64,000 nucleotides of DNA. It comes from Utricularia gibba (taxonomy: Eukaryota; Plantae; Magnoliophyta). The position numbers and the translations under genes were made by a program. The stretch spans positions 3,968,001 to 4,032,000 of the forward strand of contig CM007990.1 in NCBI GenBank assembly GCA_002189035.1, given 5' to 3'. Position 1 is the stretch's first letter. Every line of letters begins with the position of its first letter. The notes under the pieces are model-generated. The model was not told where the DNA came from, ran no database searches, and was given only the letters and a program-made list of their open reading frames with translations. Shown here piece by piece: positions 49,839 through 60,796 of this stretch.

Positions 49839-51993
49839 TGTGGTTGAAAATCGGTATTGAGGCGGAGACCGATTTTCGGGTTAGGGGTACGGCCAGATGC
49901 GTTGTATCCGATTAAGGTTTCAATGCTTTATGTGATGCGATGCGGTCAATGGAAATGAAGAAAGACAGGGATTTAATGTGGAAACCGTCGGAGAACGGAA
50001 AAACCACAGAGCTATCAGGGCTCGTCGAAAAATGGTTTCACTAGACGGAGTCGGAGAAAAGATACAAGTTAGAAAGCTTGGAATCCAACCACTTCATCTT
50101 CAAGCTTTCTTGTATTTATAGAATAGACTAGTGTGACCGAATTCTGAATTCTGTAAATATCAGCTACTTTCTGCACCTGCTATCCATACTGTGGTCCTGC
50201 TTTCGGATAACTGCCGAGTGTTATGTCATATCGTAATTCGGCTACTTTTCAGACTATCTAAAACGGAAATTTCCTAATATCGTTGCAAAAAATAGAAATT
50301 TCGTATCAAATAAATTTTTAAGCTTTAATCTACAGAAAATAAAAATTTAAAAAACTTGTATAGTTATTTTGAGATCGATCACGAAGAGCTTGTGCTTGCT
50401 AAGTGTTTCAACATATGCGAAATTCGGAATAATAGTGGTCTTAATCTAAACTCGAACTAACATAGGTAAGGAAGTTCAATAAACAAAGTCATGTCTCAAT
50501 GCTGAAAGTAACAATTATCGGTTTTAACACAGACTAATGGGAAGATACTTTAAGGGTCTGCAGATGGTGTGGTGTTAAGATGTCTAATTTAATTTACCAT
50601 GTTTCTGTGCTCACAACTTCAAACAACCTATGTCTACCCAGGTCATTCATTATATTTTTGGCTAAGCTAGTCCCCAATATCATCACCAACATTGTAATTA
50701 GGTCTATCCGCATGCAAAGTATATAGAATTAAGTCTACCTGGTTCTACTGATTCTATCTTGGACTAATATCTATTGCTCCCATATTGATTTTTCGGTTTA
50801 CGTCTAAATCAAGCATCTTAGTTGTGAAGTTACTTGTTCCCTTCCTTAAGTCTACCCATGTAATGATAGAAACAAGAGCTAAGAAACAAACACAAAATTC
50901 ATTATTAACCCTAGATCCACACCATCATGTTTTACCTTAAGGCATCCCTAAGGTTTTAGCTACTCATATATGAAAGATAAAGCATGATATCATCAAGATA
51001 AATTGAAGAGAATAGCAAATACATTGTAAAATAATAGTCAAAGTAACAAAATATCCAGTAAACTAAAGATAAAGTTGGGTGTTTTGTTCACGATCTGGTA
51101 CTGTTCACTGCTCGGAATAGTAGCGCTGAATTGGGTCTTTGATGTTGTTCTTGAAGTCTTTGGTCTTCCTTCTGAAGAAATCGCCTTCATCTTCCTTCCT
51201 TCGTGTTCTCGTCCCCCTCTCGGGGTCTGGTCATGCTCTCTTCCTTCCCCCCTCCTCCAAAAATATCTTCACATCTTTTTTCCATTTTCCAAAATCAGTC
51301 CATTGTTCCTCACATCTATACTGTTCCTAGTCTGAACCTGCAGACTGTAGGTGACTGAATATTAATCATATCTCATCCTTATGTCTTGTGCCCCTTCGAA
51401 TCGTTCTCATAAACTAGCTAAATGTGATTCACAATACTGCTATTAACACTTGGAAGAATATTAGAAATCATAATATAGATTAAATCAATAATTTAGTCTA
51501 TATTATGCATAAAAATACGAATAATACTACAATTAATAAAATATTGAAAATCATAATTAAATACCTAATTTTATCAGTAAACATATCAATTTTATAACTT
51601 AAAAACACTGATGAAATGTGTGTTATCACGGGGCTCATCGGAAAATGGTTTCACTAGATGAAGGTAGAAAAAAGATACAAATTAGAAAGCTTGGAATCCA
51701 ACCACTTCATCTTAGGGTTTTGTTGTATTTATAGAATAGACTAGTCTAACCAAATTCTGAATTCTATAGATATCGGCTATTTTCTGTACCTGCTATTTGT
51801 ACTGTAGTCCTGCTTTCGAATAACTACCGAGTGTTCTGTCATACCGTAATTCGACTACTTTTTAGACTATCTAAAACGGCGGCTACTGGCAAACTCTGAC
51901 ACATATTAGTCTGTCGACCTGCACCAATTTGTCAGGAAACCTTGTGGCTCCTTTTCAGTTGCCAATTATCTCGATCCGATTTATACCCCATCA
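49839..51993. mobile_element. Solo LTR (TGTGGTTGAAAATC...CCCCATCA family) with a nested second LTR
   Basis: TG...CA termini and a perfect 5-bp TSD ATAAT (49834-49838, 51994-51998). The empty site GCATAATCAT is seen in the paralogous region at ~31001. Confidence 0.85.
50270..51628. mobile_element. Nested LTR, same family as 60797-62192, left end eroded
   Basis: Colinear similarity to 60810-62192; ends GTGTGTTATCA. Confidence 0.75.
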
Positions 51994-52283
51994 ATAATTA
52001 TATTTAGACATTAAGTATTTTGCGATGTATGTAAATGTGGCATCAAATTATTAGTAATTATGTTACACGTATGATTTTAAATGTTTTTGTTGAATGATGT
52101 AATTTTTCCATTTAATCACACACAATTTCAAACTCTAATTCTTCTAACCTGATCATACAATGTTTTCAAATAACTCAAAAAACGTTGACTAACATAACAT
52201 AGGCATAATATTAAAGTTTCAGTATTATTGAACGAATTCATTACTCACCAACCATATTGTTAGAGGACTTTAAATTTTCTCTA

Positions 52284-52715
52284 TCAAACACCAATATCAT
52301 AAGGTGGTATATTTTCATTCCAACCATACATCCATGCTGGAAATTCATCACCGTGCCCTAAATAGATTCCATCATCTCTTGCTTCCCAAAAGAATCTTGA
52401 AGGAGCACGAACCATATTTTCCTTATATGCGTTGAACCTAATACTCTTCTTTCCCCACCATATATGACAAATGAAATTCGTAGTAGGAAGAAGATTTACG
52501 CAAAAACTCCAACTAATATGGCTACGAAAAACAGGGAGCTGGTGGTATCCAAGATCGTTATCTTTTGAAAAGCAATGCACCCTCATCATCGTCGAATCTG
52601 AAGACACCATACGGGTAACAAAGATGAATTCTTCCTTAGTAAAGACACATGCTTGAAGGGAGATGCATGATGTAAGAAGAACAACTAAGATGATGGTTGG
52701 AAGATTGTTGCCCAT
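52284..52715 (-). CDS. SPH: S-protein homologue, subfamily C3, secreted, 143 aa
   Basis: Likely start MGNNL at 52715 (TATA-like element at ~52755). SPH motifs are intact; tail NENIPPYDIGV. Confidence 0.92.
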   Translation of the reverse strand: MGNNLPTIILVVLLTSCISLQACVFTKEEFIFVTRMVSSDSTMMRVHCFSKDNDLGYHQLPVFRSHISWSFCVNLLPTTNFICHIWWGKKSIRFNAYKENMVRAPSRFFWEARDDGIYLGHGDEFPAWMYGWNENIPPYDIGV

Positions 52716-53164
52716 TATGTTGAGTTGTGCGCTGAGGGTTTTAGGGGATGTTCTTCTTATAGGAGTCAATCAACTTTGCAATTATTGATTTGAACAATTT
52801 TCATAAATTACCACAAGTTATAGGTAATTTTAGAGAATTAGGTCTCAATTCCATAATGAGTTATGTACCAAGGGTTCAATTGAATTAAGTTAGTTTTATC
52901 CAAATTCGAATTCAATCTACTGAAATCAATAAAATAAACTAATGAAATGAACACAAAAAGCGAAATGTAATAATGATAGAAAATTGTTAATAATATAATT
53001 TCCTTCGCAACATATCAAATATCAAAATTATTAATAATATTTGCAGCTATAAGAGTTGAGTTCACATTAATTTAAACTTAAAAAATATATATTTTATTAT
53101 TTTTTTCAAATTATTTAGGCTGAAATATGAGTCAACTATGAAGACGTATTACACAAGAATTTCA

Positions 53165-53262
53165 TATAAATTTATTTAAAGTCAAATTAGTTAAATAGAT
53201 GTGAATTTTTATTATTGTGAATTGATATCAAGGTAAATTTGTTAAATATATGTGAAATTTGG
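53165..53262. repeat. Two-unit remnant of the 51-bp minisatellite
   Basis: TTAAATAGATGTGAATTTT and TTAAATATATGTGAAATTTGG cores lie upstream of C3. Confidence 0.65.
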
Positions 53263-54913
53263 TCATTTTTTCTTTTATTTATATTCATCATCCAATCTAT
53301 TTTTGTTTTTGTCTATAATTATTTTTTTGTTTATAGAAGTTATTGCTCTGCCATTTGCATTGATGCTCTTCTTTTTTATTTGTCATGTGATGTAATTCTC
53401 ATGCTGCCTCTACAAATCAGGATCCATAGAGGCTAAAGTGTAACACTTTGCCTTGTTGTCATCAGCCTCAGCTCTATCAGTTTCATTCATATTTATCACA
53501 TAAACAAGGTATGGACAATGCAATAGATAGAATTATTCTTACTCTACATCTCCTCAAGTAGCTGATGTATAGTCTAGATGAATTTGCAAAGACAATGTAC
53601 TTTCATCATATAATAGTACTTCTTATGTTATCTAGTTTTGAATTCATGTGCTTGATATGTAAAGTTTTCCTGTGAATTATTGTGGATGGATGTTCCAGTG
53701 GTAGGTGTTTATCATTTTATATATAATTTACTAATGAATAACAAGAAAAATAACATCCTAAAACTATCGTTAATAGAACCACATCAATCAAGAACGACTA
53801 CAAATGGTTTGATAGCGTATTAGATGATTTAATTAATTGTACACTGATTTTCAAGAAAGACGAACACCCTTTTGAATTATGTAGTTTACATGATATGAGG
53901 AAGATAGTGGAGCATATACAAAACAAGATGATAAATTTTAAAGAATAATTGTGTGATTTATTTTATTATATTTATTTATTTTTGATGAATGTATCAAATA
54001 TTTGAAATCAAAAAATATTACACTCATTTATTGATAATGTTTGTTTATAACTGATGTATGCTCACCAATTTTTTCACACATATGCTCATTATACTTTCAA
54101 ATAATTTCATATGAATCACATTTAGGTTAATAAAAATAAATCATTAAATATAATAAAAATACATATGAAAATTAACTACATACAAGCAAAACAAAGTAAA
54201 CTACATGCATATTTGAAATAGCGAACCTCATTATTATCTTGAAACATACAAGACTTCATTTTAATATTTGGTATATTTTAGGTTTTAACAAAACTCTTTA
54301 TATGAAATTTAATCAAGAAACCTATCTAGCCCTAGGGCGAAAAATTAGTGGGTTAAATAGTTAGACAGTAATAGTTTAGACAATTAAGTTTTTGTAGAGA
54401 GTTCTGGGCTTTCTGTGATTCTAAGTTTTTCATTAAAGCAATCAGTTGCTTAACTTGAATCCATCAAACTACTTTGTTTAACTCGCACCCATTAATATGC
54501 GTTTATAGTTAGATTTTGTTTGAAGAATTTCATTCGACTTCTCACTTGTATCTTCTGCAGAATCTCTCACCAAGTTACCATACTAGCTCCTACGATTTTT
54601 CTCATGTGCCATTCTTATTAGCCTACCTGTGTAAATATTAGAGTAAAATGCATTTATAACAATGTTATTACGAAAAATTATGGAGATGTGCTTCTTATGA
54701 CAAAAGGAAATCGATATAAGCTCATTATGTGAGTTAATAAAAATTACTCAAAACTCTTGAATTGTAAAAAAAACATTTTAATGCTTTTCTACAACATGAG
54801 ATTTGGTTATGTAGATTTTTTTGCGTATACATTCATGAAAACACTCCAATGTGATTTATAAAACTATTATAACAAGAGCATATGCTAAAGCTCTCATTGC
54901 CAATCTCAAAACA

Positions 54914-56486
54914 ATGTGGAAAAATAATTTCCTTGTCATCTTGTTGTTTGATGTTCTAATGAGATGCAATCCTCTTTAGGCCTGTATAACCAATGAAGTT
55001 TACTTCAATATTATATGCATGGTAACCTCAATTCAACCATGATGATAATGCATTAATTTTCAAAAGATGATGATCTTGGATACCACCATCTCTCCCAGTT
55101 GTATGATATGTTTGATTGGCGATTTTCTGTGAACTTTTTCCCTACAACGAGTTTCTTTTGTCATATATGGTGGGGAAAGAAGAGTATTGGGTTTAATGCA
55201 TATCATGAGCACTTTCAGCATGGTCCTTTGAAACGTCATTGGAGAGCTAAAGATGATAGAATATATTTTTTATAACACATATTTTCGAGTATTTTAAGTA
55301 TAGAAAAATGACTCATATTTTACTTCAAAACTCAACTTTATTATATATTTTCTATGTTTTTATGACTAATATTGTAGTTGCATCTTTTATTCTTAGTTGG
55401 GACTAAATCATACAACCTTAGTTCTAATGGTTTTCTTGAGCAATGTAGCGGTTTGCTAGTGGCCCAATTCCCTAGGAGCCGAAGAAGGAAGTACAACCAA
55501 ATCCCAAGGAAGAAAAAAGGGATTTTAGGAAATGATGAGAGAGAGAAGAGGAGAGAGGGACCCTTGAACAATAAGCCACAAAGAATTCTGAGGAGCTAAG
55601 AAGAAAAATCACAATAACACACGGGAGTGCGAGGAGGAAGATCTAGAAAAACAAGCTTCCTTTCGAAAATTTCTTACGCTCTCGAAGAACACTAGTCCTA
55701 ACTGAGAACAGTTCTAGCTTTACTGCATTAACAATTTACCATTTCTATGTTTATTATACCCTATTTGTTGTTGTTTAACTTCGAGAACAAAATGTTACTT
55801 AAGATATGTTATGAAAACACTTTTTTCACCCTTATCATAAGTAGTTAAAGCACCTAGTAGTGCCTTGGGAAAAGGGGTAAACAAGATTGTTGTTCACTAA
55901 ACCACATTAATCAAATATCACATTATTTCCTTACAAACCAAGATAGATCCAAAATGGTAAGTACTGAAACTCACTAAAATAACTCTAACTAGAGGTAGAA
56001 CAAAAATTATGGAAAACAAAGGTTTGGATAGACTTAAATCTCTACTTATTATGTGAATGATCTATTATCTAGGTGGGATAGTTGTAGCAAATTACATGTT
56101 AACCCTCAGACTCTCAAGGCACCACCCATCTCATCTTAGGAACAACCGAGTTCAAAAGTTTGTTACTTTTCTCTATTAGATTTTATCCTAAATCTGTTTT
56201 AGTCTTAGTTTAGACTAAATCTATCAACATGCCATTGATTGCATGCATTGATACTCATATGACAAACACCTACTCTTCGTTTTGACCCTAATCACTATGC
56301 TCACAATTATATTATGTTTGAATGTTTATTAGATTTATAAATTTTATTTGATAGAAGAATTTTCAATTCTAACAACGTTGCAAAAATTTTTCATTTATAA
56401 ATTTTAGACATGAATGCAAAGATATCTTAAGAAAGATGTATGGTTGGAATGAAAATATACCACCTTATCCTAATATTATTTTTTAA
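54914..56486 (+). pseudogene. SPH subfamily E' pseudogene interrupted by a solo LTR
   Basis: ATG at 54914, premature TAG at 54977-54979 and a frameshift near 55030. The coding sequence stops at 55269 and resumes at 56401 (…RHECKDILRKMYGWNENIPPYPNIIF*). Confidence 0.88.
55270..56400. mobile_element. Solo LTR (1131 bp) inside the SPH E' coding region
   Basis: Eroded TGATAA...TTATCA termini (TTATAAC...TTTATAA) and 5-bp TSD ATTTT. Reverse-complement similarity to 46339-47505 and 58.6-59.28 kb. Confidence 0.82.
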
Positions 56487-56840
56487 TGAAATAATCCATA
56501 ATTATTGATAAATGATGTTTTTTTCTAAGATAGGTGCTTAGATTAGTGGCGTAACTTTAATAAGGATCCAAGAAGTTTACGGATCTGAGAAGTATATGCA
56601 TTGGATTTATATGAGGGTAGTTACATAAGAAGCGCTATTGTGTTGCTCGAGTACGCTCTTTTGTTTCTTGTGTTGGACAATTATTGGAGTGCTTGAGGAC
56701 TTTCTACCTCTCTATCGCATCACTTCCTTGATGTCTTTAGTTTCCAAGAATGTTCCTTATGATTGAGAAGATTTCTTATGCTCAATAAAGACTCGTAACC
56801 ACTAGAAGGCATTGTATTTCTCTTAAGTGCTCTGAAGCAA

Positions 56841-56893
56841 AAGAAGAAGAAGAAGAAGAAGAAGAAGAAAAAGAAGAAGAAGAAGAAGAAGAA
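56841..56893. repeat. (GAA)n microsatellite
   Basis: ~17 GAA units with one interruption; a shorter homologous tract lies at ~60399-60422. Confidence 0.9.
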
Positions 56894-57029
56894 AATGAAT
56901 AGAAATAATAACATACAACTTTTATTTTGATAAAACCTAGGGTCTCAAAAATTTCTTGAGTTTGGGTCATCTCCCAACTTGTAAGAATGTATAATGTAGC
57001 ATCTAAGTATAATACTAAAATATTACAAC

Positions 57030-59276
57030 TCACACACTACACGATAAATAATTACCTAATATCACTACATTAGTTATTCTTCACAAAGCACATACATAAT
57101 TTCCTCTTCCCATGCTATCTATAGTCACTCCCATGCTTTATGCTAACAATATGCCACATCTTTATAGAAGTCAAATAGTGCTGCAATCCAATAGTTGTAG
57201 CCAAATTCGCTAGTCCTCCAACATTTAAATTATATGGCTTAGCTTTTTGGTAACTTGACTTGAAGGCTGTACGAGGTTGTTTTTCAAAAAATACATCTTT
57301 CAAAGCCTCTGCAAGGATCTATGAGAGTTTTACTTACTAGCTTACTAATTCTAACTGCTAATAAATGCGACATTATCTTATGCCACATATCGTATATTTT
57401 AATATTATTTGTTATAGTATTTAGCACTTGTACCTCATATCTCATCCCTATTTTTGTATAGTACAACAACCAGGTGACTTTTTGACTCCTATCATGGAGC
57501 CTCGAATTAACTTTCAACCTTCGATGCCAAGACTATATCAATAACCTTGAATATCTAGCTCCCCTACTAGAGATAAATTCATTATAAAAAATGATGTTAT
57601 ATGTTGAAGACTCTTATATTTCAACTATACCGTCATATTGGTGATCACACATGGATTTCCAATCCTAAATATTTCTTTTGTATATAATGGTTTTCCATTT
57701 TAACTTTACTAGAACTACACTTTTGATAGTTAACCATACATGTCTCAATAGATGTAGTATGTAACAAAACTATTGAATCTGCGAACCAATCATTCACTAG
57801 GTTAACTTCTTCTATCTCAACTGTTAATAAAACCAACAAGTTATTATCATCAAGACTCATATAGGTAGAGATATTTTTGTCTATTGTATCTTTTGGTTTT
57901 CACTCCTTATTCTACTCTTGTTGAGATTATTTGTAGGCTTGGCAGTTCTTCCATAAATGACTTTTGTCCCATAGTAAAAGCATAATTAAGATTCATAATT
58001 TTTCATGTATACTTGAGTTAGTTTGACACTTAGCTATATTTTTGCTTCCTAGTCATCTTTCTAGATCTTCTTTTATACTTGTTCTCACTATACATTAAAA
58101 TATCTTTTGAATAAAATTCTTTATCAGCTCTTGTAGATTTCAGCCTAAGTTCTTCTTACAATAAAGAAGTTACCACTATCTTGTATTAGTGTTTCCCACG
58201 AATCAAAGATTGTATCTCGAAGTTGTATGACTTGAATCTCATCGTCAAAACTCTTCTTCACTACCATCATTTGATCAAATATATCCTTACCATTGTAGAG
58301 ATGGTCTAACATGGATTTATCATCTTTATATACTTCAAGCTGGACATATGTTTATACAAAGTCAATTTGTTCAATATGTTATCTGACCAAAACATCTCTT
58401 CCAAAGCCTATCACAATAACTATGCATCTTCATATTCAATGATCTATGAGATAAACAGTTATTTATATACAAGTTCATAATAACTAATGATCTATACCAC
58501 TTCGAGGAATATAGGGACTTGAGAAGCTTATGAATCTATGAGAAGCATATGCACTAGCCTAAAGGAATACAGGGACTCGAGAAACTTCTAAATTTGAGAA
58601 GAAAATGTACTTGGGAAGTATTACTATAAAGTCCAACTATCCTTTATTATTTCTCGTATTGGACAAGTATTGTTAATCCCCTTTGCCCTAAGGCACCACT
58701 AGGTGATTAGCTATTCATGATAAGGAAAAGTAAAATACTTTCATAACAAGCATCATTCTGATTTCAAAGTTCAACAACAACAAAAGACACATAACATAAA
58801 CATAAACTATAAATAGTTCACACGAAAAAGATAAAACTACTCCCAACTAGGAGTAATGTCTTCATAAGCCAAAAAAGTCTTCAAAAGTGAGATTGATTCC
58901 TGGTTCTTCTTCTTCATTTTTTCTTGTAAGGTTTTCTCTAGATCTCCTCTCCAAAAATTTGTGACGTGTTGTTCGAAGTCCTGGAGATATTTTCTCTCCC
59001 TCATTATATCCAAAATTCATCTTTTTATCTCTTTGGATTTTGGTGCACTTCCTTTCAATTTTCGTCCACATCTTCTGCAACTTCATTGTTCTCTTTCGGC
59101 TCTTTGAGATTTGGACTGCTAAAACATACTACATTGAGCAAGAGAGTGATTAGAATTAAGATTGAGACTAAATCATGGATTTAATACCAACTAGGAATAA
59201 AAGACACAAACGGTGGTGCTAGTAAAATATTAGTCATTTTTCTATCCTTAAATACTCAAAAATATTTTTTTTATCA
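57030..59276. mobile_element. Degenerate LTR-retrotransposon remnant: decayed internal sequence plus a partial LTR ending TTATCA
   Basis: 58.6-59.28 kb matches the 46.3 and 55.3 kb LTR family. The internal part is repeated at 60.5-60.8 and 62.2-62.6 kb, with weak Gypsy-integrase-like translation on the minus strand. Confidence 0.55.
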
Positions 59277-59614
59277 ATCACCATACTAGCTCCTGCAATT
59301 TTTCTAATGCATCATTCTTGTTAGCCCACTTGTATTAATACTAGAGTAAAATGCATTTATAACAATGTTATTAAGAAAAATTATGGAAATGTACTTTTTA
59401 TGACAAAAAGAAATCTATAGTATGCTCATTTTGTGAGTTAATAAAAATTGCTCAAACTTTTGAATTGTAAAAAAAACCTTTTAATGCTTTTCTACAGTAT
59501 GAGATTCGATTATATAGATTTTTTGGGTATACATTCATGAAAATATTCCAATGTGATTTATGAAACTACTATAACAAGAGCATCTGTAAAGCCCTCATTG
59601 CCAATCTCAACACA

Positions 59615-60052
59615 ATGAGGAAAAATAATTTTCTTGTCATCATGCTGCTTGCTGTTCTAATGGTATGCAATCCTCTTCAAGCTTGTATAACCGATGAAGT
59701 TTACATTGATATTATATGCATGGTGACCTCAAATTCAACCATGATGATAGTACATTGCTTTTCAAAAGATGATGATCTTGGATACCACCATCTCTCCCAG
59801 TTGTATGATATGTTTGATGGGAAATTTTGTGTGAACTTTTTCCCTACAACGAGTTTCTTTTGTCATATATGGTGGGGAAAGAAGAGTATTGGGTTCAATG
59901 CATATCAGGAGCACTTTCAGTATGATCCTTTGGAATATCATTGGAGAGTTAAAGATGATGGAATATATTTTAGACATGAAGGCAAAGATATCCTAAGAAA
60001 GATGTATGGTTGGAATGAAAATGTACCACCTTATCTTAATAGTGTTTTTTAA
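59615..60052 (+). CDS. SPH: S-protein homologue, subfamily E'' (only intact E copy), secreted, 145 aa
   Basis: Intronless ORF with a signal peptide, VHCFSKDDDLG, FFCHIWWG, WRVKDDGIYF and tail NENVPPYLNSVF. Confidence 0.92.
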   Translation: MRKNNFLVIMLLAVLMVCNPLQACITDEVYIDIICMVTSNSTMMIVHCFSKDDDLGYHHLSQLYDMFDGKFCVNFFPTTSFFCHIWWGKKSIGFNAYQEHFQYDPLEYHWRVKDDGIYFRHEGKDILRKMYGWNENVPPYLNSVF

Positions 60053-60391
60053 TGAAATAATCCATGATTATTAATAAATGATGTTTTGTTTTTTAAGATA
60101 AGTGCTTAGATTAGTAGCGTAACTTTAATAAGGATCCAACAAGCTTCTAGATCTAAGAAGTGTAAGCACTTCCGTAGTCGAGAAGCATTGTTGTATTGCT
60201 CGAGTACGCTTTTTGTTTCATGCATTAGACAATTATTGGAGTGCTTGAGGACTTTCTACCTCTCTATCACATTGCTATCTCAATTTCTCTAGTTCTCAAC
60301 AATGTTCCCTGTGATTGAGAAGATTCCTTGTGCTCAGGAAAAACTTGTAACCACTAGAAGGCATTGTATTTCTCTTAGGTGCCTTGAAGCA

Positions 60392-60423
<32 letters not shown>

Positions 60424-60796
60424 TAAATAGAAATAGTAACACATAAGTTTCATTATGATAAAACCTAAAATCTCAGAAACTTATTGAGCTTGGATTATCC
60501 CCTAAGTTATGGGGATTTATAATCTAATATCTAAGTGCAATACTAAAGGATCACAACTCACACACTACACGATAATTAATTACCTAATGTCACTATACTA
60601 GTTACTCTTCACAAAGCACATACATAATTTCCTATTTCCATGCTATCTATAGTCACTCTCATGTTTTATACAAACAATCCCCCACATCTTTATAGAAGTC
60701 AAGTAGTGCTTCAATCCACTAGTTGTAGCCAAATTTACTAGTCCTCCAACATTTGAATGATATATCTTCACTTTTAGGTTGCTTGACTTGAAGGCT

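Noticed and set aside
56720-57033. Poly-Phe and poly-Ser ORFs
   Set aside because: Translations of the (GAA)n microsatellite.
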